From Klebsormidium nitens (lineage: Eukaryota; Plantae; Klebsormidiophyceae), in contig DF237201.1 in NCBI GenBank assembly GCA_000708835.1, positions 57,308-121,307 of the forward strand: a DNA stretch of 64,000 bases, in the 5' to 3' direction. The notes below the pieces were generated by a model, which saw only the letters and a program-made list of their open reading frames with translations, did not search any database and was not told where the DNA came from. This document shows positions 1 to 12,899 of the stretch, piece by piece (the stretch's first letter is position 1; each line of letters opens with the position of its first letter). The translations under genes were made by a program, and so were the position numbers.

Positions 1-479
1 TTGGACAGACAAGTGATTCTTGTCAAAAGTGAAGTGATTCTGGTTTTTGTCAGTCTGCTACTCCGATAGCGAGTTTCCGTCTCAGCGTTTTTCTACAATA
101 AGTTTCAGCTCGCCTAAGATTCGCCTCATTGCGGCCTCTCGTCTTGACAGGTCTCGCCTAGGCTGTCAAGTCGTTGCCTCCCCGGAGTTTGACGGCATGC
201 GCTTGTATCTCCCTTCCGTACGTGACGTCAGAGGTTAGCCTAACCACCAACAATCCTTCGGAAGATGCCTATTGACACCAGGCTCATTCTTTGGCCCTGT
301 CTGCATGCCAGGTCGCGGCTGGGGTGTCAAGTAGTAGCGAGTCCGGAGCTAGATGGGATGAAGCTCCGGCTACCGGCCGCGACTAGGAACTTTTATGTGG
401 ACGGACATAAACCGGAGCCGCATTGAGGTTGGGGTAAGCATAGGCATGCAGTCTATGCTCTTTGGGGTAGAGCTAGCGG

Positions 480-2300
480 AAAGGTTCTGCACACACAATT
501 GCTCGCATAGACACATGTCTGAACACGTGGAAGATATCTACAGTTGTCTGCAGTCTCTGTGGTTCTAAGAAAACATTCATTGTGAAATGGAGCGGATCAT
601 ATTTTCACATCAGAGGTTTTTGATATTCTCTCGATCTTCTTCGTCAGAGTCATGTGTCGCATGATATGTGCCTCCTACGACCATCCCGACTGATCGTCGA
701 AGCGTTTCAGGTTGTTTTTGCTCTGCGTTTGTCGGTTTGTTCCTCTGGCTTGTCCATCGCCGCAAGTTGCGGTTAGTTTCCTCTTGTGATTGTCGTAATG
801 TTGTGACACTTCTTTGGCCTCTCCCTCCAAGGCTTGCGTCCAACCCCAGCTTTTTGCTGAGCATGCCTTGCTGCGATGTGGAAATTTGGAAGGCTTCTGT
901 TCGTCGGATTTGTCCGTCCTTCCATCCTTCCATTCTATTGCTCAGGCGCGCCAACGCCCGACTTTTGACACGTCGATTGCAGCATCAGGCGTAATGAGCA
1001 TGTCTTTTCGCAGATCGTAAGTAGACCGTAGGTGCTGGACCGACTTACGAGTGAGTCAAATGCTGTCTACTTTCTCAAAGAGCTGTTGCGCTTGAAGTGG
1101 CTTTGAAACTGTTCCCTCAACGGTTGCAAGTTGGCATTAAGTGCCACCACCCATCGTTGACCCCGTTTTGCATCGACGGGGTCAGCGTTGGGCACTGCCC
1201 TAACTTGTGCAGACAATGGTTCCTGAAGTCCTGCAAACCTTGAAGTTTCTGAGCTTTGTACTAAAGCCATCACGCATGTTAGCCTGGTCAATTATAGCAG
1301 TGAGAGAGCAGAGTACATTTTGGGCGCCCCAGTTGAAGCCCAAACATTCTTCCAGGACTTTGAGGCTATACTAGCTGTGATGCTGTCGACTAAGTGTCTA
1401 CAGCTTTTCTTGAGACTTTTTCTCACCAAGATTTGGAGACGTGCCTTTCAAGTTCTGAGAGTCCACCGATATACCTCCTTTCGTTTCAGCAATGGTTGCC
1501 GATCAGAGGCAAAGGCTAGTCATCTGTCCTGATTACGTGTTATGCTTGACCCGTTAGTCCTACTGCGTTTGGCTTGGTTGTGGAGCTCAAGACTGGGAGC
1601 TTAAGAGAGTTGTTTCTTAAGGAGTGATTGGGTTCGACAATCTGCATTCATGGAGCGCAGGAATGGCAGCGCAGCCCGAACTTCATCGTCCTGACTTTCT
1701 AAAAGGCCCTCAACAGTCGCTCAAGCAGCTGGCAATGATGCGCCCGCAATGCTCCGCCTTCAGCTGATAGCAAAGGCGGATGTCTCTTCAAGATGGCTCT
1801 TCAAGCTGACACAGAAGCCGGATTCGCTGATCTTTAATTTCCGATAATCCTTCCTTTTCAATTCGCAACCCCGTCATTGGCGGGGCTCTTTTTGGTTGGA
1901 CGATCGAACTGACGTCCTGTGCGGTTTGTCCCTTTTCTGAGGCTACCGCTGACGTGAGCAGACAATATATCAATTCGAACTTGATTATGCGTTGGCTTAG
2001 CGTCGTTTTCAACGATACGTTGCCAGTGGAAGCGCCTGTTTCTACTCACGATGTCCTCGCTGCTCTCCCAATAAGCTCGAACCTCAAGCATTAAGTCTCG
2101 GCGCTTTTGAGAGTGACAACCGCCGTGCCTTACCCGCTTTCTAGGAACTAGGAAGGTGGCAATGACCAGACTGAAAGCTGGGTTTGAGTTTCTTCCGTAG
2201 GAGCTCAACGATATTTCTTGCTTATGAAGCCAACTTCTCTGCTTCCGTCTTTGCTGCTATTCGTTTCATCCTTCTGAAAATCCAACTTGGATATAGGGCC
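480..2300 (-). pseudogene. Probable decayed minus-strand coding segment of unknown family
   Basis: Long protein-like minus frames broken by isolated stops (e.g. YDLRKDMLITPDAAIDVSKVGRWRA*AIEWKDG...QHYDNHKRKLTATCGDG; ORFs 610-954 and 1858-2208). I found no paralog in the window to confirm the frame. Confidence 0.3.
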
Positions 2301-3299
2301 GCTCCCGTCCTTTCGTCCGCCGTGCTATTCCGCAGCCCTAGCAATTGCAGCTGCCCATGTGAACGGCCCGGTAACGTGGTTGGCTGCAAGTACAACGTCT
2401 CATATAACCTGAAAGCCTGCTGTGAGATTAATTTTACCTGTTTGTTCTCCCTTCCGCTTCAACCTGGTTCAGCCTTGTGCATTGAGTGACTGTGTCGTGT
2501 GCGATGCGCCTCAAGATGTCCGCCTCAACGGGTTGTGTCCGTTGCACATCGGCGTTGCGAATTAGCTCTGATTCCCAACCAAAGGTGTTTCACTTCCCGC
2601 GCCGAGAGTATTCTATCTAGGAGGAGGGACGTGTCGCGTATGAGATCTAAGTTCTGGCAGCTTGCATCTCCATCCTTCTGAGAAGCACCTTCTGTCACGA
2701 GATCAGTCCATCTGTTGCTAAATCACTTTACTGAGATCTAGGTCCTGTTGTAGTCCATGTAATTTGAAGAGCGACCAGTATTTTTTCAGTGCGACTTGGT
2801 CTGCTGTGCTGGAAGTCTCGGATGACCGCCCAATGAAGTGTATCTCTGATGTTCCTGTGGTTGGCTCACTTTGACCCACATCGGCCCCAGGCTTCCGCTG
2901 TTTCAGATGGCTGTGATGACCAGTGCTTGTCTCCAGAGACTCCACGACAGCAGAGAATTCTGACCAATGCCTCTTAAGCCCAGTGAATCTGCTTAAGGCG
3001 ACTGTTGTTCTCAGTACGTCCTCAGGCAGAAAAGCTGTTGCATGAATTTATCTAGTCTACTTGTTGTCAAGTATCATCCTCAAGATTACTTGGATACGAG
3101 ACCGGACCTGAAGCAGTGAGGGGAAAGAGAAGGCAGGAACCAAGAAGCGGGCGGTCGCTCAATCTTTGCAAATCTTAAAGAGTGGCAGACTGGCTTCAGA
3201 ATTCTGCAGCAATCACTTAGGATCCTCTGAAGGATCCTCGACATCCTTCATCTTTTCCCGGGGTTGGCATCCTGAGGTCAAATGAACATGCAGCGTCTC

Positions 3300-5960
3300 T
3301 TTGGATGACCCCGCGGGGGTCAGTAAGTTCACTCACGTAACGGAAATACATGCATTCTGAGTCGATCGTAGGATATATGCATTGACACTTTGAACTTTCA
3401 AAGTGCCCACTCTTGCTTGAGCGCCCTCAAATGATCTGGCCACGCATGGGTTGTCAAAAGAAGACTGTGTCTCACGGAGTGGCGATGTAATAGCAGACTG
3501 CCCGCAATCAGACAACGAAGTTACCCACTTACCTGTTGCTCGAAGACGTAAAATGGAGATTTGAATCGACGTGTTTCCTCAGTCGCGGCGCGTCAAAGAG
3601 CTACCTTCAAGCAATTGACATGTTTCATCTGCACCTCACTACCTTTTGTTATGAAAAGACAGGCCTGGTCTATAGTCCTCGCAGATCTTGTCATTTTGAT
3701 GAGACATTGACAAGGGGCAGTGAGCTCTGCAGTTCGTGAGCACTCCGGCTCACTCTTGAATTCAATTGCGGAGTCTCTGCGAAGCCCTGTTGATTTGTGT
3801 GCTACCCAGCTACAAGAACGGCTCTGTCAAGCATGTCAAGCACCCCAAGACTGCGCCAGACAATACATTTTATGCAACTGTCGTCCTGCGTGCTTTGCAC
3901 TTTGCAGAAGATTTACATCCAGTTCGATGATTAGGCCTGCTCAACACGAGCTGTTTTGCGGGGCTAGCCCCGCAGAACGAGCTCGTTCTGCAAGAAAGCC
4001 CGATCTGCTTGCGTGTCGACGCTGCCTATGTGGGTCGTCCGTCGTATGTCTCAGATGCGAATATCTCTGCCTTAATCCCCTCGACGAAGGTGATCAAAGA
4101 TGACGTTGAAGAAGCATTGGGCGGGTCGTGCCACCTCACGGGCTCATTGGATGTGGGCGGTGACCGATGGCCACATGTCGATCATGGTAAATTGAACTTG
4201 TTACTCTCCTGTCTGTTTTACGAGTCTGAGTCTGCTGTATTTCAAATGGTTGACAACTTCGTAATGGCAGCGGCTGGCGATGATTCCGCGCGACTCAACC
4301 TAGCTACTTGAGCACCAAATTTTATTGCGGAGGCTCATGCAGGTGAGGAAATAAGGAAAGGTCTCATGAAGCCAGCCTAATCTATCATACACTTAGGCCA
4401 TCGCAGACCCATCCAGACGGCATTTGGGTTGACAGACTGCGTGCAGTACTTGCAGACTGGCAAGCGCCACATGTTTCCATGCAGTCATATCGATCTTGCC
4501 CAAGTGCTGCGTTCCTGTCCTGTTAGAAGATTGTACGTACGCTGATAAGTTTCAAGGCCGGAAAAGCTGGGAAGATTTGGAAGAGTTATTATTTCCTTCA
4601 AGCCATCGTCGGTGATTTACCACCAAAACAATCCGAGATCGTTCGAATCAGTTGATCCTCGTTTTGGCTTTTGCACCTGTAGGCTTGTTTTGATTGTCTA
4701 AATGTCCCTTGTAGCTGTAGATAAAGATAATGCTTTTCCTTCGTGCTAGTAGCTAGGGGCCAGATGCTCTGCGTGTCAACGTCAAGCTTCGCGAGCCGCA
4801 TACTTGATCTGCACAAAGCCGCTTGGCAATGACAGCGCCACCCACGTTTTGGGCAACCTGGTTGGCGCCTAGCGGGCTTCTCTGCAAGACGGGCACTGAA
4901 GCCAGACGGGCACTTTAAGATGCTTCGTGTGAGGTCCTGCAAAGCACTTGATTGTGTTGCGTGTTGGGTAGAATCAGAGACCAATTCGCTTCATACCATT
5001 GACTGCGATTAAGTGCGGTCAAAAGGTGCCTTCAGCAAAACGGTCGGTCACCAGATGCGTGGACAGATTAGTGCAGCCGCTTAGCGCTGCCAGTATCAGA
5101 GTACCTTACGCCCCGTGTATGTTGAATTTTTTCGATCTGCAGGTTGATCCACGTTAATTTGCGTCCATTTTGGATCAGACTTGATTTGCTCCAGTTTTGC
5201 TAGGACGCGGAATCTTGCTTCTCGTCCGCCTGATTTCCTTGGAGATGCGGAAATGATCGGCGGTTTGACACAATTACGGCCGCCGAATAAATGCTTGGCA
5301 GCGAACCGGAAAGATCGTTCTCGTGCAGGATTCAAGAAAAACCTTTGACGGTCTGGATTTCAAAGAAGCTACGGTGTACATTTCCTGTATACTTGTTAAT
5401 ATGCTTTCCATCTGGAAAACGCAGTTCGCTCTCAATCGCTGTCCCGTAGCTTCGCTTATAGGGTCCTGGAGTTCCACCTGCTATCTTGCAGACCACACGT
5501 AGCGCCCCAGGGGTTGCCAACTCAAGTGGCTATGCTGACTGGTCGTGTCTTTATTGCAATGACGGAGACTGCAGTGACTGGGCGTCCTATCTGAGCCATG
5601 TGATACCGCTCCCTTATACAATTTTCGTTCTTTTTGCCAACTTAACTGAAAGACGAACCCAGGGTGTCGCAAGTTCTCAGTCTACTCGCTGGCAAGGATT
5701 ACTGAGTCACTCTCTCACTGGAATCGTACGTTCTGCGAAACCCGACGGGAAAGGCAAGGAAGGGGTATAATTGCTAAATCTGCTGCCACTTCTTGGATTC
5801 CTCGATTCGTTTGTTCGCCTCCCTGCTGAGCAGAAAATTTCGGGAGGCTTTGAAAGTGGTCGACTTTCCCTGGTACTAGAAGTACATGTGACGACGTCTA
5901 AGCAGCGTCCTTTGGGCGATCTTGCCAGCGCACTCCCTCGCAGTATACGGTTGGTTCTTT
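3300..5960 (-). pseudogene. Decayed paralog A1 of an unknown long-ORF family (cluster 1)
   Basis: 3720-5300 aligns by eye with 6330-8130, 12920-14500 and 14520-16300. Minus frame QSTQDDSCIKCIVWRSLG (3844-3897) vs QSTQDDSCVESIVWRSLG (6450-6503), with synonymous third-position changes. Many stops and frameshifts. Confidence 0.6.
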
Positions 5961-6240
5961 TCAAAGATTGGACAGATCTACAGTCACTTTCGCGAGTTGA
6001 AATGCCTCACTTCAACCGGATGCAGTGCCTTGTAATCTGACACCCCACTGACTGAGGACTGTACGTCGTTGAGCGGCCAGTGTCATTAAAGTTATATCCG
6101 CTTACGAGCATACGTCACCGAAGGCGCCCATTAAATTCTTGCTCGGATTGTCCAGAACATTCATTGACAGTTGAGTGCAATTGTTGCGATAATCCCCTAG
6201 AGACACTGCGTTGATGCAGTTCTGATGTCTGCTTTCTGTT

Positions 6241-6298
6241 GTTGGAAGGCATTGAAGTGGTCGTAGAAAGTTGGAAGGCATTAAAGTGGTCGTAGGAA
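6241..6298. repeat. 29-bp tandem duplication (2 copies)
   Basis: GTTGGAAGGCATTGAAGTGGTCGTAGAAA followed by GTTGGAAGGCATTAAAGTGGTCGTAGGAA (2 mismatches). Confidence 0.9.
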
Positions 6299-9200
6299 GA
6301 CCGACAAAGTATTTCTGATAGACCGACAACGGGCAATGACTCTTGCAGTTCCTGAGCACTCCCTCTCAGGCCATGCAGAATGGTAGGAATTATGAAGCCC
6401 TGGAAAAGTGTGTGCTTAATCAGCTACGAGAACGGCCTTTCTCAAGCACTCCAAGACTGCGCCAAACAATGGATTCCACGCAGCTGTCGTCCTGTGTGCT
6501 TTGTGGGGGCTTCAAATTTAAAAGCTTTAGGTTCAGTTTGACAATCAGACCTGCTCAATACGAGCTGTGTTTGCGGGGCTGCTTATCCAAGAAGCCCGGT
6601 TGGATTGTTTTTGACGCTGCCTAGCTATCTGGGCTGTCCGTCGTTTGTCTCAGCTACGAAAGTCTCTGCCTTCAGTCCTCTCGTCGAAGGTGATGAAAGT
6701 ATGGCAATGAAGAAGCAGATTGAGCGGGTTGAGCCACCTCATGGCCTCTGTAGTAAGCGGGATTCGACGGCCACAGATCGATCGGATCATGGTCATGTAA
6801 AGTTATTCTCATTGCACGTGTTTTGTTCTACAAGTAGGGGTCGAGAAATGGGCGGCCCACGCCTTTTGAGAAAGTTAGGATGCCCGAAAAGACTGGCACG
6901 CTTTTTGCATAGGCTCCCAAAACTGGTGAGCAGACGCGATTAAAGTTTCTGCCTTTACAGGGGAGTGGCCGCCCCTCCTTTATTCTCCTGTTTGCTTTAC
7001 GAGTTGTCGGCTGCATCCCCTTACGGTTGATAAGGCGCTTGCAGCGGCCATGATCTCGCGCGACTCACTCTCCTTGAGCCTTGTTTTATAGCGGTAGCTC
7101 AAGCGCTCAGAGTGGGAAAGTCGCATGAAGCCAGACTTGTTATCTAGGCCGCTCCTGCACTTGCTATTATCCAGTTACGCAAAGCCAATCGGCGCAAAAG
7201 TTCGTTGAAGGACCGCATGCTTCTACTGGGTGGGCAGACGCGAATCCAATCCGGTGCAGATATTTCTTGTCCGAAAGCCTCGATCTTCTGGTCTGTTGGC
7301 CTAGTTTGTACGTTGCTAAGCGATCGCGTAGAAGTCGGAAGACGCTTTTGTTCCTTGGTGCCCCGGTATCTCTACGCAGACAAAGGAGATCGTTTCGATT
7401 AGTTGACCCTGTTTTGTGACTTTGTCACCTTCAGGCTTCCTAGGAGTAGTCCGGGGCTCCCTTGTTCATGCTCTCCTCCATTCCTGTGGGGCCGAGATGC
7501 TCAGCGCGTCAACGTTAAGCTTCGCCGAAAACTGCTCCGGCCTTCCCCTTCAGCAGCTTTCGGAACTTCTGGTTAAGGGTTTGGGTTGGTTGTCTGGTCA
7601 TTTTCGCAGATTCATTCTTCTCACCATGTCCTGCCAAGATTAGCAGAGAGTAAAGGAGTGCATCTTTGACTGTATTTCTGAAGATACTAATGAACTGTCA
7701 GAGCCAACGTAAATACTTATAAACCACGATCGGACCGACGTTCGTTGACTTCCACAACGCTGCCTGGCAGTGACAGCGCTGCCTATTGTTTAGGCAAATC
7801 TGATTGACACAGAGTCAATATCTGATGCCAGCGATGTTCCGAAATAATCACCGAGGCCCCGTATTACTCCTAGGTTGCTGCTTATTATGTAAACTCTGTT
7901 ACGCAACCGCTTGACCCCACCGGGTGATCAAGCGCTCAAAAGTTGCCTTAAGCAAAAACGGACGTACGGTCAGATACATGAATAGCGTAGCCGAGCAGCT
8001 TAGCGCTGCTGGTATCAGGTTGGACTTGAACTCTTTTGAAAGCGGCTTCGTATTCTTCCAGACTGCTTCAGGTTCGGGTCCACTTCGAGTCACAGTCGAT
8101 CTGTTCCGGTCTTGTTAAAACGCCAGCCTTCCTTCTTTCGTCCACTTGACTTCTCCCAACGATGTGAACATCACTTCTTCGAGCCTTGTCAATTTGTACG
8201 GCGGCCTCTTTACGTCAGCCAAGCTGTAAGATAAGTACAATCTCGTCAACCCGGGCCTAGTTACATGACAGCAAAGCTTGAAGTAAATGTCGCCACAGTG
8301 AACGGTGGGATTCACAAGAACGTCGATTGGGTTTAAGCATATAGTATATAGCGGATGATTATGAAGCCTCAGCTTTCATATGTGTCCAGCACAAGCCCGG
8401 TTCAATGAGTGAACGGATCTGTCATGGACTTCCTGGCTTGCTTGGCCTTGGTTCGTGGTCTCACTTTGGTTTTGACTGTGCTGGGGTCCGTTTGAATCTC
8501 TGTTGTCGACGTGACCCCGCTTGTTGGAACGATACATACGGCCATGAGAAAGCAAATGGCTGATCCGATCCACGTTTTCGGAGCTCTTTTTGCGGTTTTC
8601 AAGTTTGAGGCCGTCCTGCACCTAGACCCCGTGACAATGAACGCTTCTGTCATCTCGTCTGCGAGTAACTTGCTTTCTTTCTGATACCGATCAGAACAAG
8701 AGACTGGCAACCAACCAGACAGATTTGTCGCTCACCCTATGTTCGTCATGATCGGGTTCTGATCAAGAGAGACGAGTAGCCACAGCGCTTGCCGATTCTC
8801 CATGATGCTGAATGTACGGGCCGAACCGCAATGGGACAGAATGTGTCCAATCCTGTGAGGCTGCCTGAGGTGCGTGGCGCGAACTTGCGTGAGACTGGCA
8901 ACATTCACGAAAGCCGCTTTCAAGCCCAGTACTGTGCCGGAGTGTCACAGATTCCACTGTCACAATTGTCCGAAGATGCTTCTGTCTTTGGTAATGTTCC
9001 ATGGAATCTGTTTGAACTTGCGGAATGAAGCGTCAAGCATGAAGCTTCCTCGACGGTCCTTTGTTGTGTCGAAGCAACTGACACTTGTTGCCAACCCGTC
9101 AGCGTTTACGTGTAGCTTCGATGAGAAGGACCACGGTTGAGCTGTAGTCAAGAAAGAGCCGTGTCGGTATTCTTTGTCGATGGCGAAATTGGCCTTGACG

Positions 9201-10511
9201 ACTGCAACGGAAACCTGCTGTGGGCCCTCTCCACAGGACAGGTATCGGCTGGAGCCATCGCGGTTCCTGGTTACAAAAGTTTACCACCTACTAGGGTCCT
9301 CTACATTGGCTTTCTCAAGATTGAGGCTGAACTTTGTCCTTGTTGACAAGCAAAGCCAATGGCTGCCATCCCGCAGCTCGCTCAAGGTGCGACGTCTTGC
9401 TTGCAAATTGGAAATGCACACTTTAGCCCCAATAGATAGACCAACAGCTATACATGGTCAGCCTCCTGCTTGACTCAGGAAGTGACTACTTTATTTGTCA
9501 AACGGCTCTTTCCGTAAGCTGCAGCCAAACGTGGTGCTGACTCGTGGCACTCAGATAAGCCGCTCATGGCCGGCGTTCCTCGTTTCTCGTCCTTCGCCAT
9601 CAAGTGTCGTGCTCAGTTGTTCGCTTCCGCGCCTGTCCCTTTCTCTCTTCGCCACTGGCGCAAAACCGCTCGCAAGTATCCAGCAGAAGGATCTACGCCT
9701 TCTAATTCCCTCTTCGGACGAGCTACAATCTCTTCCGAAGGGCTTTCCGGCCAGCTCATTTGTCCAAGTAGTGGATGCTTTTGAGTGGCCGTGATGAGTG
9801 GATCAACTTGGGTCGCTGAATCGAATGCGACCAATCCGGATCCTGACCAGCCTGCTCCGAAGCCTCGACTTCAATACAAACTCGGAAGTTTCATTTCATT
9901 TGACTTACAGCACCGCTGTCACGCTTTCCAGAAGCAAAGGCTATTCGCGTCCTCCGCGATCAATTTGGACTCGAGTTTTCAGCACAGGTTGCTTGTTGCG
10001 AAGTTGCAGCGCAGGGAGCTTTTTTCACTGCGCCAATGAACAAGGGTCTCCAACTCGTGAGGGCTGTTAACGGACGTCGGGAAAATCACGCGCCTTCCTG
10101 GCTGCCCTAATTGTCTCTATAGAGAGGCTCCGTTGTGTTTTTATTTTGGTTTGAGCCCAGGTGCTTGTCCTTTTCTGAAAGTGCGCTTCTAAGTAGTCAA
10201 AGCTAAGCTCCGTGCTCGTAAGGCTGGCCGTAAGTAGCAAGGGGAAGAAGCTGCGATTGGACTGCTTCAACGGTTCTGCACAGAGTAGTGAACGAATTTT
10301 TAATTTGGGCAACCCACTTAAAATCCACTTCAGAAATTGCACTTCAAAGACATCCACTACGTCGATGGAGATCATGCGCTGCATGTTCTGCGCGTTCTCG
10401 GAAAATTTGCATGCTGATTTCCTGAAGCTATCTCGGACGTCGAAGGCACACATACTCACTCAGCAGGAACAGTAAATCTTTATCGCCACGTCATCCCCTG
10501 CCTGCGTAAAT

Positions 10512-10543
10512 TTAAAAGAGTCAGATTAATCTGACTCTTTTAA
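10512..10543. repeat. Perfect 32-bp palindrome
   Basis: TTAAAAGAGTCAGATT|AATCTGACTCTTTTAA; all 16 pairs checked. Confidence 0.95.
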
Positions 10544-12899
10544 TATTTTGGCCATGAGAAGCGGAATCCTCATGGGCTGCGTGTCTTGAAGCAAGCCCAA
10601 TGGTGGTTAACGAAGTGTCTATTCGAGCCGTAGTACTCGCATCCTCATGTTGAAAAGTCCCCTACGTTATGTTTCTTTGAACTAGTCAGGAGCCGGTCCG
10701 CTTCACGTCCCGATTGCAACCAGTGCCGCCAGAATGCAGATGAATCCAGATGGTCACTCTGCGAAGCATTGGTCGATTCGAGGCTGGCAATGATGAGTCG
10801 CCTAGCTGATCTTTGGAATAAAGACGACTGAAAGGGTGTAAGCTGCAAGCCATGCCGAACCTACACTTCAATTCGAAATTTATGGAGCCAAGAGAAGTGC
10901 CCCTTCCTTTCCCGCTTTGATCCTCTGAAATCAAATCAGCGTTTGACAGGTTTTGGGGTCGCTTGATTACTTGAACGCGGCCGCGGTCGCACACGACTCA
11001 GGTGCATGATCCGTGTCACGCTTGCCATGGGCGCTCAGGCTGCCGCCATGTTGTTGCTGCAGTTTTTCGAAAGTAGCAACATACCTTGGTTCTGCAGCTA
11101 GGTCAATAGACGTCTGTATCCGAGAAGCCTTGATCATTCACGGGCAGCCTTTAACTTCGATGTTGAAGCTCTGGACCACTCACGTATCAATATTGTACCG
11201 ATGTCGGTTGACGTGCCGCTCGTCACCAGATCGCAAGGCGCGTTATTTCAAAAACAACTTTAAAGTTTACTCGCAAGGAAGCCTGTGCTCTAGAAATCCG
11301 GATGCAGCCGGAGAAGGGGCACTGATTACACCAACCGCCTTTCTTGATCACTGCTCGCGCAGCGCTCAGGACCTTTGTTGGTACTGTGAAGCCTTTCAGA
11401 AATTGATCAGTGTGCTGTTTCATCCCTTTGCGACGGAGCCCCGGCGTTGCCTTGTTGAGCTGTCGTGTCGGAAAAACGTCTCGATTTTGGGCGCCTCCTG
11501 AATCCACGGCCTCTTTCAAGACGTGGTGAAAACATATCCGCGAATGAAGATTTGTTCAGACCTGCCACTTCAAACCTGCTGCCTGCTTCCAATCATCCTT
11601 TTGCTTCAACTTAGGGTGTCGTTTTCAACGATTCCAATGGTGTTACTGGCTAATGGGGCCGCTTTGAAAACGATGCTTATTGCTGTCCATTTTCAAGAGG
11701 GTACTGCTTCAAACCGTACGGCTCGGTTGGTATTTCCTCTCTGAGGGATCCCGCTGTGGCATGGTCGACCATCTCTAGCATCAGCGCTTCCCAAAAAGCG
11801 CGGGAAGGATGTCTACGAAATCTGTTTGTATCCGGCGCCTCTAGCTTTCTGTCGTAACTCCAAGATCCAAGGAGCAGTTAACAATAACCTTAAGCGAGGA
11901 AGTTGTGGATCTCGCTATTATTGGCCTGGCAATGAATGAGAACAAGGCGTGTAATTTGGGCTTTTCTGTCGATTCCCACTGCAGCCCTCGCCTTATATAT
12001 GAGCCGCCGGGCAACCGTACAGCAACTCCTTCAGCGACAATATGCGGTTTTTATCGTGATTGTGAGAGTGCTCAACCAATCAGCAGTGCCCCAACCTTGT
12101 TGCGTTAACCGGTACGATTCTGCAACCTAGTTTAGATGCCACGCGCTCACCTCTGCCAGATCTGTCACGAAGCTCGGAGAAGAGTCCTTGACTTTAGTAG
12201 TGGCTATGAAAGTACGATACTCAAAAATGGGCTTGCTGTTAGAGCCCACTGGCACAGTTGATCGAGTAGAGCCGCACCGGATTCCGCTTCCGGATGAAGC
12301 AGTTCCGCCGAGTTGAAACCTCGTCGAAAACCATTTTGATCTGCGGTTAAAGATACCCTGGTCTGTCCTGTAACACCGACACACCGCATCCTTGAAGAGT
12401 ACAGTATGTCTTCACGCCCTCATGAGGATCATGATGCCTTTTTCTGTTGACCCAGTGCTGAAATTTTGAGCACTGTCCGCTCAGTACATAATCCAAAAAG
12501 TGGGTTTGATTGAAGGCCTCGAGAACATCCTGCGGGGCAGAGGATGCAATCAAACGTGCTGCTCGCACGGAGCTCGGATGGCCTGTAGCTACCGGACTTC
12601 TCTTTGGGCTTCTAGCAAAGCGTACGTTCGATAACAAACCGGCCTCTTACATTCATGCCAGTGGTTTATTTTGGCTAGGGCTCTTCCACTAGATAATTGG
12701 GCTTGCAAATTGGGACGGACTCAAATTGCGAAAGGATGTTTCTTGAGCGCGAGGGCTTCGTCACTTCGATGAAAGCACGTAATCACAGCGTCTCCCCGTG
12801 CGTTTTGATTGTTCTGCTGCCTTGTATACTAGTTAACGCAGCTTATTCTGACTTAGCTCCATTGCAAAGCTCATACGTCTGGGGTGTCACAGGATATGC

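Noticed and set aside
343-368. CCGGAGCT...AGCTCCGG hairpin as a structured ncRNA
   Set aside because: An 8-bp stem alone is expected by chance; no sno/snRNA boxes recognised.
10770-10830. SARRLIIASL resembles the RRLIIVLS of TIR domains
   Set aside because: Only five residues match, and the paralog at 23140 diverges immediately after; not enough to call a TIR/NLR family.
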